Positions 28,302 through 36,939 of a stretch of DNA of 64,000 nucleotides are shown here, in pieces. The DNA lies in NCBI GenBank assembly GCA_021779375.1, contig JAJYAT010000001.1:40724-104723 (forward strand), read 5' to 3'. Numbering within the stretch: position 1 is the stretch's first letter; each line of letters opens with the position of its first letter. This DNA is from a bacterium (GTDB taxonomy: Bacteria > Patescibacteriota > Gracilibacteria > JAHISY01). Made by a program: the position numbers and the translations under genes. The notes under the pieces were generated by a model, which did no database searches, was not told the origin of the DNA, and saw nothing but the letters and a program-made list of their open reading frames with translations.

Positions 28302-29192
28302 ATGCGTAAATTTTTAATTGGAATTTTCGCATTCAGTTTGATTTTGGTTTCAGCGGCAGCCGCTAGTTTCCCTAAGTTTCAAAATTTCGTGACTGACACG
28401 ACTGGCACACTTTCAAGCTCAGTCGTCGCAGAGCTAAATTCGAAGCTGGCGAACTACGAAGCGCAAACTGGCACGGAAATTGCCGTTGCGCTCATCACCT
28501 CGACCGAAGGAATGCCAATCGATCAGTACGCGACGAAGCTTGGAAACGAGTGGGGCGTCGGTAAAGCGCGAGTTGATAATGGCGCATTGCTCGTCGTCGC
28601 GGTCGATGATCGCGAGCTTTTCCTCGCGACTGGCAGCCAGCTCGAAGGCGCGCTGACAGACATCGAAACACGCGACATCATCGACGAAGTCATCACGCCG
28701 CGCTTCAAAAATAGTGATTTCGATGGTGGAATCTCGGCTGGTGTCGACGCCATCATCGCAGCCATCGCGGGCGAGAGCTTCACCGATTTGCGAACGAACA
28801 ACACAGCTTCTGCTCCAAGCTCAGTTGAGGGAATTCTCAATGTAATTTTTGTTTTCCTTTTCTTCGGCGTGCCCTGGCTCGCCGCCATCCTCGGTCGCTC
28901 GAAAAAAATCTGGCCGGGCGCCGCGCTTGGCTCAATCGGCGGTGGCATTGGCGGAACGCTTTTAACCTCAAGTATCGCGGGATTTTTCGGCGGCGCAATC
29001 GTGCTCGGATTGTTTGGCTTACTCTTTGATTTCATCGTCTCGAAGAATTACGCTAACGCCCAAAAATCCGGCGACCATGTTGCCTGGTGGGCAGGCGGTG
29101 GTCGCGGCGGATTTGGCGGAGGAAGCAGCGGAGGATTCGGCGGATTTGGTGGCGGCGGGTTCTCGGGTGGCGGATTTGGCGGGAAATGGTGA
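28302..29192 (+). CDS. TPM-domain (YgcG-like) membrane protein with Gly-rich C-terminal tail
   Basis: Signal peptide. TPM-type FVTDTTGTLSSSVVAELNSKLANYEAQTGTEIAVALI...NGALLVVAVDDRELFLATG. TM segments follow, then a GGGRGGFGGGSSGGFGG tail. The LemA-TPM pairing is a common arrangement. Confidence 0.8.
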   Translation: MRKFLIGIFAFSLILVSAAAASFPKFQNFVTDTTGTLSSSVVAELNSKLANYEAQTGTEIAVALITSTEGMPIDQYATKLGNEWGVGKARVDNGALLVVAVDDRELFLATGSQLEGALTDIETRDIIDEVITPRFKNSDFDGGISAGVDAIIAAIAGESFTDLRTNNTASAPSSVEGILNVIFVFLFFGVPWLAAILGRSKKIWPGAALGSIGGGIGGTLLTSSIAGFFGGAIVLGLFGLLFDFIVSKNYANAQKSGDHVAWWAGGGRGGFGGGSSGGFGGFGGGGFSGGGFGGKW

Positions 29193-29353
29193 ATTAAATT
29201 CTAAAAAGATCTGACACTTGGTAATTTTTTTTAATATAGTTTTCAGTTATAAATGCGAGAACCGAGGGCAAACTGATCAAATCAAAAGCCATTTCGCATT
29301 TTTCCGCCAAAGCATTTAAAGATCTAATATTTATGTCGTTTTGTATTTCAAAC

Positions 29354-29734
29354 TCACCTTTTAAAAATTGAGAGAGAGAGAGAGAGAGCTTCCCTAGAAG
29401 CCTCTATGGCAACGATATCCTCAAAAATCTCTTCCGCGTTTTGTATTTTTTGTCTGACAATCCGTTTGGCGTACTTTTCGAAAATAAAAAGCACGGCAGA
29501 CAAGCTAGCGTCTTCTAGTCCGGGATAATTACACAAATCTGCCAAAGTAATAAGACCGCCTTCCTGAAGTTTCTTTTGAGCTAAACCATCCTTTTCTTTA
29601 TTTTTTCTTAAAAATCTTTTCAGTCTTTTCTCTGGTAAATTCACGGTTTCTAAAAAAATTGCCCCAACTGCCTCCCGAGAAAGCTGTAAACCACCTCCGG
29701 CTGCTTCGAGATTTTCATCTAAGCTAAGGCTCAT
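29354..29734 (-). CDS. Hypothetical 126-aa protein
   Basis: ORF co-directional with tatD and 51 nt downstream of it. AT-richer than its neighbours by eye. The C-terminus is encoded by a (GA)9 tract. Confidence 0.4.
   Translation of the reverse strand: MSLSLDENLEAAGGGLQLSREAVGAIFLETVNLPEKRLKRFLRKNKEKDGLAQKKLQEGGLITLADLCNYPGLEDASLSAVLFIFEKYAKRIVRQKIQNAEEIFEDIVAIEASREALSLSLSIFKR
29370..29388. repeat. (GA)9 dinucleotide microsatellite
   Basis: gagagagagagagagagag at 29370-29388 encodes LSLSLS five codons before the stop of ORF 29354-29734. Confidence 0.95.
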
Positions 29735-29785
29735 TCAATTTTAAAATAAGGCGTAATCTTAGCATTTAAATTAATCTCGGCAAAA

Positions 29786-30565
29786 TTAAATCCTAAACAA
29801 CTCCTCAGCATTTTGGCTCGTCTGTACAGCGATTTCTTCAAGTGATAAGTTTTTGAGTTCAGCAATTTTTTGCGCGACCTCGATGACGAAGGCTGGTTCG
29901 CAGCGCTCGCCGCGAAATTTTTGCGGCGCGAGAAAAGGCGCGTCTGTCTCGATGAGTATTTTTTCGAGCGGGGTTTTGCGCGCGACTTCTTGGACATTCA
30001 CCGCATTCGCGAAAGTGACGATGCCGGTCAGTCCGATAAGGAATCCCCTCGCGAGAACCTGCTCAGCGAAATCCCAATCGCTACCGAAACAATGAAACAC
30101 GCCGCGCACTTGGAACTTGTCGAGCGAAGCGAAAATCTCAGCATCCGCCGCGCGGGAGTGAATGATGACCGGCCTGTTTAATCTTTGCGCGAGCGCGAGC
30201 TGCCGCTCGAAAGCTGCAATTTGAACCTTGGCGGATTTTTGGTTCTTGAAAAAATCGAGTCCAATCTCTCCGATTGCGACAACTTTGGAATTTTGAGCCA
30301 ATTGCTCAAGCGCAGCGAAATTATCAGCCGACAACTTCTCAGCTTCGGATGGATGAAACCCGACCGCCGCAAACAAGTTAACCCCTGAGTTAACTCGAGG
30401 GTTAACGCTCTCGGTCAGCGCGACCGCCTTTCGCGAAGTCGACAAATCCACGCCTGGATTAATAATTTTTGTGACACCGACCTCAGCTGCTCGTGCGAGA
30501 ACGGCGCCGAAATCCTTTTCGAAATTGGTGAAATCGAGATGGCAGTGGGAGTCGACTAAATGCAA
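29786..30565 (-). CDS. tatD: TatD-family metal-dependent hydrolase/DNase
   Basis: 259 aa. Contains LVDSHCHLDF, AVGFHP, IGEIGLD, PVIIHSR and ETDAPFL. Confidence 0.9.
   Translation of the reverse strand: MHLVDSHCHLDFTNFEKDFGAVLARAAEVGVTKIINPGVDLSTSRKAVALTESVNPRVNSGVNLFAAVGFHPSEAEKLSADNFAALEQLAQNSKVVAIGEIGLDFFKNQKSAKVQIAAFERQLALAQRLNRPVIIHSRAADAEIFASLDKFQVRGVFHCFGSDWDFAEQVLARGFLIGLTGIVTFANAVNVQEVARKTPLEKILIETDAPFLAPQKFRGERCEPAFVIEVAQKIAELKNLSLEEIAVQTSQNAEELFRI
30377..30406. repeat. 30-nt near-palindrome GTTAACCCCTGAGTTAACTCGAGGGTTAAC inside tatD (three GTTAAC sites)
   Basis: It encodes VNPRVNSGVN, an apparent 10-codon insertion just before the conserved AAVGFHP block. Confidence 0.8.
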
Positions 30566-30589
30566 AATTGAAAATTATAAAATATACCA

Positions 30590-30976
30590 CTAACTCCCCT
30601 CCCTCAAGGGAGGGGTCGGGGGAGGGTGTCCTGATACACAAACCTCCATAATTTTTTCGAGAACTCCATCTAGATTTTCAAAAACTTCATTATTCCAAAA
30701 GCGTAAAACTTGAAAACCATGCTGGTTAAACCATTTGTCTCTCAACAAGTCTTTTTTTGATCCAGCATGCTGGCTACCATCCAGCTCGACGACAACTCGT
30801 TTTTCGAAACAAACAAAATCAGCGATGAAGTTTCCGATTGGTTGTTGTCGGCGAAATTTTAGATTTTGAAGATTTTTATTGCGTAAGTTTGACCAGAGTA
30901 ATTGCTCGACATCCGAAGAATTCCTTCTTAATTTTCTAGCAAATTGCGTTAATCCGGGATTCATTAAGTTAGTCAT
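30590..30976 (-). CDS. DUF559 (Vsr-like fold) endonuclease-domain protein
   Basis: 128 aa. LWSNLRNKNLQNLKFRRQQPIGNFIADFVCFEKRVVVELDGSQH...VLRFWNNEV is the DUF559 pattern. The tail GHPPPTPPLREGS is encoded by the flanking G/C-rich repeat. Confidence 0.8.
   Translation of the reverse strand: MTNLMNPGLTQFARKLRRNSSDVEQLLWSNLRNKNLQNLKFRRQQPIGNFIADFVCFEKRVVVELDGSQHAGSKKDLLRDKWFNQHGFQVLRFWNNEVFENLDGVLEKIMEVCVSGHPPPTPPLREGS
30594..30628. repeat. Left inverted repeat of the DUF559 cassette (contains hairpin CCCCTCCC-TCAA-GGGAGGGG)
   Basis: ctcccctccctcaagggaggggtcgggggagggtg. Its reverse complement aligns with 30991-31021 at roughly 28 of 33 positions. Confidence 0.75.
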
Positions 30977-30990
30977 CTATCTAATATTAT

Positions 30991-31021
30991 CTCCCTCCCC
31001 AACCCCTCCCGCTGGGAGGGG
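30991..31021. repeat. Right inverted repeat of the DUF559 cassette (contains hairpin CCCCTCCC-GCT-GGGAGGGG)
   Basis: ctccctccccaacccctcccgctgggagggg lies 15 nt upstream of the DUF559 ATG and 12 nt downstream of the mutM stop. Confidence 0.75.
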
Positions 31022-31033
31022 AAAAAACCTCTT

Positions 31034-31960
31034 CTACTTTTTAACCTGGCAGCACGGACAAAACGAAGTCGTTCGCTGCACGATTTTAATTTTTTGCATG
31101 GTCGTGCCGCAAATCTGGCAAGGCTGTCCGTGCTTTTTGTAAGCCATCAGGGAATGCTGGTTGCTCCCGTGCTCTCCCGCTGTATCGACGTATTCGCCAA
31201 TCGTCGTGCCGCGATTTTTAATGCCTTTTTTGAGCTGTTTCCGAATCTCACGGTAAAGATTCTTGAAATCTTGATCCGACAAGTTTTGAATTTCTGAAGC
31301 CGGATGCAGACGAGCCGCGAAACAAATTTCATCGGCGTAGATATTGCCAATCCCAACGATGTTTTTTTGATCGAGTAAAAAGGCTTTTAAATTGCCTTTT
31401 TTGTTTTGGAAGATCACGCGGAACTTTTTGAGGGTGAAAGCTGGGTCCAAGGGCTCAGCTCCGAGCTTCGCGAGCGATGTGCTGATTGCATTTTTTTCAA
31501 GCAATTCTAGCGTGCCGAATTTGCGGATGTCGGAAAATTGCAAAACGATTCCACCGGAAAGCTGGAAAAAATGACGCACGGCTTTTTCGAGCGGCGTGAA
31601 ATTTTTGGCAAGCAAAAAGTGTCCAGTCATGCGGAAATGGACGACCATTTTTAAATTTTTACCGGCGTCCGTTAACCCACCACCAAAATTTTGTCTGGCA
31701 CCCTTTAACCCACCACCTAGGTGGTGGGTTAAATTAGAATCGAACGCGTGATTATGATTTAACTCAGAACCAAGCGTGAAAATGAGAAACTTCGCGCGAC
31801 GCTCGATTGCGAGAATCTTTTGACCGCGAATTCTGCGGCGAAACTGCGCGAAGCTTGGTCGGAAAGCCTTCGGTGTATCCGTCGAGAGATCGAGAATTTT
31901 GTGACCGACGAGAATTTGCAAATCACGGACTTGCGTCTCGACCTCGGGCAATTCGGGCAT
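31034..31960 (-). CDS. mutM: Formamidopyrimidine-DNA glycosylase (Fpg/MutM) carrying a repeat-derived ~35-aa insertion
   Basis: MPELPEVE N-terminus, H2TH region, and C-terminal zinc finger CQICGTTMQKIKIVQRTTSFCPCC. The insertion is SELNHNHAFDSNLTHHLGGGLKGARQNFGGGLTDAGKN, ahead of MVVHFRMTG. Confidence 0.9.
   Translation of the reverse strand: MPELPEVETQVRDLQILVGHKILDLSTDTPKAFRPSFAQFRRRIRGQKILAIERRAKFLIFTLGSELNHNHAFDSNLTHHLGGGLKGARQNFGGGLTDAGKNLKMVVHFRMTGHFLLAKNFTPLEKAVRHFFQLSGGIVLQFSDIRKFGTLELLEKNAISTSLAKLGAEPLDPAFTLKKFRVIFQNKKGNLKAFLLDQKNIVGIGNIYADEICFAARLHPASEIQNLSDQDFKNLYREIRKQLKKGIKNRGTTIGEYVDTAGEHGSNQHSLMAYKKHGQPCQICGTTMQKIKIVQRTTSFCPCCQVKK
31671..31733. repeat. Three copies of TTAACCCACCACC inside mutM: one direct (31671-31684) plus a perfect 30-nt palindrome TTTAACCCACCACCTAGGTGGTGGGTTAAA (31704-31733)
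   Basis: Read directly from the sequence. In frame, it encodes ...NLTHHLGGGLK...FGGGLT... Confidence 0.9.
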
Positions 31961-32045
31961 GGGCTAAATTTTAGGTTCAAAAGTCCAAAGTAGAAAGTGA
32001 GAAAATTGCTAAAATGCACAGGCTTAATTCTTCGCCCTTAATTTT

Positions 32046-32771
32046 TTGTCTTTTCAAATTATCCCAGCCATCGACTTAATCCATGGGCGCTGCGTGCGAC
32101 TTTACAAAGGCTCATTTGAGCAGAAGACAGAATACGAAATCTCCCCTGCCGAGCAGGCGCGAGTTTTTGAAAATGAAGGCGGCGACCGCATTCACGTCGT
32201 CGATCTCGACGGCGCGCGCAAAGGCGAACCGATTAATTTGCGAACAATCGCGAAAATTTGTGCGTCGGTCAAAATCCCCATCGAAGTCGGCGGCGGCGTG
32301 CGTAAAATCGAAGATGCGGAGAAGCTTTTCGCCATCGGGGTGGACCGCGTGATTCTCGGAACGCTCGCCGTCGAGCAGCCCGAACTTTTGGCAGAATTTT
32401 TGCAAAAGTTCGGTAGCGAAAAAGTCGTGGTCGGACTCGACGCACGCAAAGACGGCACGAAGCTAGCGACACGCGGCTGGGAAAGCGCGACCGAAATTGA
32501 CGTGCTCGACTTCGCGGAAAAGCTCGTGGAAATCGGCGTTTCGCGCATTATTTATACGGACATCGCCCGCGACGGCACACTGACTTTCCCGAATTTTGAT
32601 ATGAACGAACGACTCGTGAAAACGACGAATTTGAAAGTCATCGCGAGTGGCGGCGTCACCGATCTCGCCCATTTGGAAATTTTGCGCAAGATTGGTTGCG
32701 AAGGCGCGATTCTCGGCAAAGCGCTTTATGAAAATAAAATCTCGCTCGAAGAAATTAAACAATCCTTATAA
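32046..32771 (+). CDS. hisA: HisA-type (beta/alpha)8 ProFAR isomerase
   Basis: TTG start. Contains IIPAIDLIHGRCVRLYKGSF, VVDLDGA, EVGGGVR, GLDARKDG...TRGW, IIYTDIARDGTL and IASGGV. Confidence 0.8.
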   Translation: MSFQIIPAIDLIHGRCVRLYKGSFEQKTEYEISPAEQARVFENEGGDRIHVVDLDGARKGEPINLRTIAKICASVKIPIEVGGGVRKIEDAEKLFAIGVDRVILGTLAVEQPELLAEFLQKFGSEKVVVGLDARKDGTKLATRGWESATEIDVLDFAEKLVEIGVSRIIYTDIARDGTLTFPNFDMNERLVKTTNLKVIASGGVTDLAHLEILRKIGCEGAILGKALYENKISLEEIKQSL

Positions 32772-32808
32772 TCCTTAAAGCTCTTTATTTTCTTTATAAT
32801 CTTTCCTG

Positions 32809-33369
32809 ATGATTGGCTTTCTCCGCGGCACCGTTCTGAAAATTCGCGGCAAGCGACTGATTCTTGACGTCGGTGGTGTCGGCTACGAAATCTGGGCAAA
32901 TTCGAAAATTTTGGGAATTGCCAAAGTCGGCGATGCGAAAAAACTCTGGATTCACAGCCACCAAACGAGTGACGCAATTTCGTTATTCGGTTTTGAGGCT
33001 GAAGAAGATCTGGAATTTTTCGAGCTACTGAATTCGGTTAATGGTGTCGGACCCAAAACCGCACTCGAGATTTTGGAAACTCCAACCGCGAAACTAAGGC
33101 AAATTATCGCGGGTGGCGATACAGCGAAATTGGCGGAAACTCCCGGAATTGGCAAAAAAACTGCGGCACGCATCGTACTTGAACTAAGACCGAAAATCGC
33201 CGGCGGTGATCCCGAAGTCCCGGATGATTCTGAAATTGATGCGGGAGTTTTGGACGCGCTCGTCGGACTCGGCTACACGAAAAAGGCAGTGCTGAAAGTT
33301 TTGGCGCAGAAACCAAGCGCGGTCAGCAAACCCGAGGATCTCGTGAAATGGTTTTTGCAAAATGCCTGA
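32809..33369 (+). CDS. ruvA: Holliday junction DNA helicase subunit RuvA
   Basis: MIGFLRGTVL..., HhH region LLNSVNGVGPKTALEIL...LAETPGIGKKTAARIVLEL, and C-terminal domain LVGLGYTKKAV. Confidence 0.9.
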   Translation: MIGFLRGTVLKIRGKRLILDVGGVGYEIWANSKILGIAKVGDAKKLWIHSHQTSDAISLFGFEAEEDLEFFELLNSVNGVGPKTALEILETPTAKLRQIIAGGDTAKLAETPGIGKKTAARIVLELRPKIAGGDPEVPDDSEIDAGVLDALVGLGYTKKAVLKVLAQKPSAVSKPEDLVKWFLQNA

Positions 33370-33402
33370 ACTGCTAAAATCCCAGTAATTTAATTACCAG
33401 CC

Positions 33403-35223
33403 ATGAATGTTCGCCAAATCATCACGATTATCATAGGAATAATCATCGCGCTCGGCGGTCTCGCTTTCGCCATCAGCTTCCTCGCGAATTCCAGTCCTGC
33501 GCAAATTTCGACGGAAATAAACTTCACGAATTCTTCCACGGGCGAGACTTCCAAAGTCACCCCCGGCGCATCAGTCGCTGGCAAAGGTAATCTCACGCTC
33601 GGTGAACACGAAATTTTGCAGCTCACGACTGAAGATTCCGCTCTCGAGCTTGTTTCGGCGGAATTCAATGAAAAAACCGACCTGATCGACATGACTCGTG
33701 CGCGTGTGAATTCAGGCAGCGTCCTCGCAGTCAATCTGGTTCTTGGCTCAGAACTCACGCTCCTGGACGACCGGATTGCCGCTACGAATCATGGCGGCAG
33801 TTTTGTTTTCGAAAAAGATGTCAGTGTGGACAAAAACTCAACTTTAATCCGTGTGCTTTCAGGAGACTTGCAGTTGACTTTCGTTGACTCGACAAATTCC
33901 GAAACCTTCGAAGGCACACTCCTCGCTGGCGAAGAAGTTGATTTGGATGATGCGGCAGTCAAGGAAATTTTTGCGGCGGGCGATGAAATCGCGCGCGTCG
34001 CAGCCTGGCGCAGCAAAATCGGCAAATTTTCCAGCCAGTTCGAAAGTGAAAGCAAGCTCGTCACTCAAATTTTGTCGAAACTACCAGATAGTACGATGAA
34101 CAAAATCCTGAGCTTCTTGAAAGAAAACTTGATTTTAAGCTCTGCGAAAAAGGCCGATTTTTACGCAGCGCAGTTCGCTAGCGCACTAGGCCTCGCAGCG
34201 CGCGGTGACACGAGCGAATTTGAGAAATTGATCGCGACGACCAACGAGTCCAAACGCACAATGCTGCAGTCTATTGCTGCGCGCACCCTACTCTACACGC
34301 GACTTCTTGCGCCAGCTTCACTCTCGCCAGCACTGAAATTAGAGATTGACGAGCTCGGTAAGCTGTCCGCACCGCTCGCGAATTTTGCGGGCGTCACCGG
34401 ACTCTCACCAGAGGAAAGTCTGAATCGTAATTTGATGTCAATCCTCGACGATCCAACCAACACAAACCAAACGGCGAGATTTTTGGCACTGGCGAAAAAC
34501 GGAATCAAGATCGCCGATGAGACCGGAGCACTGTTGCTGCTCAAGATTTTGAAAATTAATCCACAGACCACAACCGCCGACTGGATCGATGCTTGGTCCA
34601 CGATTAATAACGCACGCATCGTCGATAATCATGATCTCGCCAATGCTGTCACCGATCAGCTCGACCTCGTTAATGTTTTGATTAAAGCCGGTCGCAAAGA
34701 ACTCTCCGGTGCCGCACTCAAAGAGCTCGCTGGTCTGCTCGGACGCGCCAGCACGGTTTTCGACCAAGGCTCGCTCGAAATGATTGCAGCGGCTGGCAAT
34801 GAATTCCGCAGCCGCGTACTGTTCCTCGCCAGTCTGCGTGACGAAGGACCTTTCGACGAAGCCGCCTATAAAACATGGCTCGCCGAACAAGAAAAAGTGA
34901 GCTCGCCAGAAGAAACCACACCGGAAAACAATGAGCTAATCGCTCCGACCGACGACCCCAATCGTGTCTCTCGACCGGAATCTGAGCTGACCAAGTTTTT
35001 GAAAATTAAATTCACGGAGTCAGACACGCAGGCGACGGAAGAAAAAAAGTCCGAGGAAAGTACAGACACCAGCAAACCACCTGCTGAGACTTCACCAGCA
35101 ACTACCACACCCGTCGAAATTCCCGCAACTACTCCGGAAACCATCGAATCAAAAATTATCGACGCCATTCCAAAATTTATCAAAGCTAATCAGGAAAGTG
35201 TCAAAACTACTCCGGCAGAATAA
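33403..35223 (+). CDS. Membrane-anchored 606-aa protein: N-terminal TM, FecR-like beta domain, long helical region, acidic/Thr-Pro-rich tail
   Basis: TM helix IITIIIGIIIALGGLAFAISFL. A beta-rich segment resembles FecR-type domains (ARVNSGSVLAVN...LSGDLQLTFVD). Low-complexity tail TEEKKSEESTDTSKPPAETSPATTTPVEIPATTPE. Confidence 0.55.
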   Translation: MNVRQIITIIIGIIIALGGLAFAISFLANSSPAQISTEINFTNSSTGETSKVTPGASVAGKGNLTLGEHEILQLTTEDSALELVSAEFNEKTDLIDMTRARVNSGSVLAVNLVLGSELTLLDDRIAATNHGGSFVFEKDVSVDKNSTLIRVLSGDLQLTFVDSTNSETFEGTLLAGEEVDLDDAAVKEIFAAGDEIARVAAWRSKIGKFSSQFESESKLVTQILSKLPDSTMNKILSFLKENLILSSAKKADFYAAQFASALGLAARGDTSEFEKLIATTNESKRTMLQSIAARTLLYTRLLAPASLSPALKLEIDELGKLSAPLANFAGVTGLSPEESLNRNLMSILDDPTNTNQTARFLALAKNGIKIADETGALLLLKILKINPQTTTADWIDAWSTINNARIVDNHDLANAVTDQLDLVNVLIKAGRKELSGAALKELAGLLGRASTVFDQGSLEMIAAAGNEFRSRVLFLASLRDEGPFDEAAYKTWLAEQEKVSSPEETTPENNELIAPTDDPNRVSRPESELTKFLKIKFTESDTQATEEKKSEESTDTSKPPAETSPATTTPVEIPATTPETIESKIIDAIPKFIKANQESVKTTPAE

Positions 35224-35265
35224 TTTCACCAGTAAAGCGCACCAAGATTCACCGCAATTTTTGAA

Positions 35266-36102
35266 ATGAAACTCGCCACTATCACCGTCGCCGGACCCGA
35301 CCGCCCAGGAATTATCGCGAAAACGACAACCACGCTTTTCGAAAACGGCGTGAACATCGTCTCACTCGATGAGAAAGTCGTGAACGGAATTTTTTCGATG
35401 GTGCTTGCCGCCGATGTCTCGAAAGTAAACTTTGAAAAATTAGCGAAAGAGCTGCAGCGCTGCGCCAAAGACTTGGATCTCGAAATTCGCGCGAAACTGC
35501 ACGACACGCGCGAAGTAAAAAATCTCGCAATTTTGGTGACGCGCGAGCCGCGCTGTCTCGAGGAGATTGTGCGGAATTGCGAGAACGGGAAAATTCGCGC
35601 CAAACCGGTCGTCATCATCGGCAATCGTCCCGAACTGAAAGATCTGGCGGCGAAACTCGAAATTCCTTTTCAGCTCGCCGATGGCGCGAGCAAGGAAGAG
35701 CGTGAGAAAAAAATGGTCGCGATTTTGAAAAGGTTCAACGCCGACTTCGTCGCCCTCGCCCGCTTCATGCAAATTCTCTCGCCGGAATTCGTCGCGCGTT
35801 TCGAAGGTCGCGTGATCAATATTCACCCCTCGCTCCTCCCCGCCTTCCCCGGCGCGCGACCCTACGATCAAGCTCTCGAAGCTGGCGTGGAAATCGTCGG
35901 CGTGACAGCGCACTTCGTGACGACCGATCTCGATCGCGGTCCGGTCATTTGCCAAGACGCTTTTCGCGTGAAGAAAAATGAACCGATTGAAAAAATCCGC
36001 GAGCGCGGACAAAAACTCGAGGCGAAGGTTCTGACCCGCGCCTGTGAGCTCTACTCGAAAGACAAGCTTTACATGCAGTGGGGCAAAGTACATTTCCGCT
36101 AA
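35266..36102 (+). CDS. purU: Formyltetrahydrofolate deformylase
   Basis: N-terminal ACT domain (ITVAGPDRPGIIAKTT). Formyltransferase core INIHPSLLPAFPGARPYDQALEAGVEIVGVTAHFVTTDLDRGPVICQ. Confidence 0.85.
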   Translation: MKLATITVAGPDRPGIIAKTTTTLFENGVNIVSLDEKVVNGIFSMVLAADVSKVNFEKLAKELQRCAKDLDLEIRAKLHDTREVKNLAILVTREPRCLEEIVRNCENGKIRAKPVVIIGNRPELKDLAAKLEIPFQLADGASKEEREKKMVAILKRFNADFVALARFMQILSPEFVARFEGRVINIHPSLLPAFPGARPYDQALEAGVEIVGVTAHFVTTDLDRGPVICQDAFRVKKNEPIEKIRERGQKLEAKVLTRACELYSKDKLYMQWGKVHFR

Positions 36103-36135
36103 AAGTGCCAGTTTTTCGTCTAATTTTCACCATTT

Positions 36136-36927
36136 ATGCATTTCCTTGATTCTGCAATTCTCGGCGTCGTCGAAGGCGCAACTGAATTTCTCCCGATTTC
36201 TTCGACAGCGCATCTGATCCTCGCTGGCAAATTGCTCGGACTCGCTGACTCCGCCGCGGCACCATTTGAAATCGCCATGCAGAGCGGCGCCATCCTAGCG
36301 GTAATCTTTTTCGAATGGCGCCTGATTTTGAGTTTCTTGCGCCGCGATACATTTTTCAAAATCTTGGTGAATTTAATTGTCGCTTTCATCCCCGCCGCAG
36401 TCGTCGGACTAATCTTGCACAAATTCATCACGCAGCACCTTTTCTCGCTCCCCGTCATCGCCGCTACACTCCTCATCGGCGGTATCTTCATGCTGCTCGC
36501 CGAACATTTTTTCGGCAAAAAAAAATCGGTGCAACAAGCGGACGACATTCGCAAAATGCGCTGGCAACAAGCGTTCGCCATCGGCTGCGCCCAAGTTATC
36601 TCAATCATCCCCGGTACTTCGCGTGCGCTGACTACGATCTACGGCGGCATTTTCGCCGGACTTTCGCGCAAAACCGCGACGGAGTTTTCTTTCCTCCTCG
36701 CGATTCCCGTCCTCGGTGCGGCGACGTTTTATGAAGTCGTATTGAATAAAGAAAGCCAACTCTCAGTCGATGCTAATTTCTGGATTGCTTTCGGCGTCTC
36801 ATTCGCGGTCGCGCTCTTGGCGCTTCAGCTTTTCTTCGCCTTCGTAAAAAAACACGACTTCCGCTGGTTCGCCTGGTATCGCATCGCGCTCGGGCTCGCC
36901 ATCATCGCATTCCTGTATTTAGGGTAA
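36136..36927 (+). CDS. uppP: Undecaprenyl-diphosphate phosphatase
   Basis: Contains GVVEGATEFLPISSTAHLIL and IIPGTSRALTTIYGG. Polytopic, 263 aa. Confidence 0.9.
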   Translation: MHFLDSAILGVVEGATEFLPISSTAHLILAGKLLGLADSAAAPFEIAMQSGAILAVIFFEWRLILSFLRRDTFFKILVNLIVAFIPAAVVGLILHKFITQHLFSLPVIAATLLIGGIFMLLAEHFFGKKKSVQQADDIRKMRWQQAFAIGCAQVISIIPGTSRALTTIYGGIFAGLSRKTATEFSFLLAIPVLGAATFYEVVLNKESQLSVDANFWIAFGVSFAVALLALQLFFAFVKKHDFRWFAWYRIALGLAIIAFLYLG

Positions 36928-36939
36928 AAATTGATTAAG

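Noticed and set aside
29731-29997. 88-aa Lys/Arg/Ser-rich ORF.
   Set aside because: It lies out of frame on the same strand as tatD and overlaps tatD's conserved 3' end. Its composition is low-complexity.
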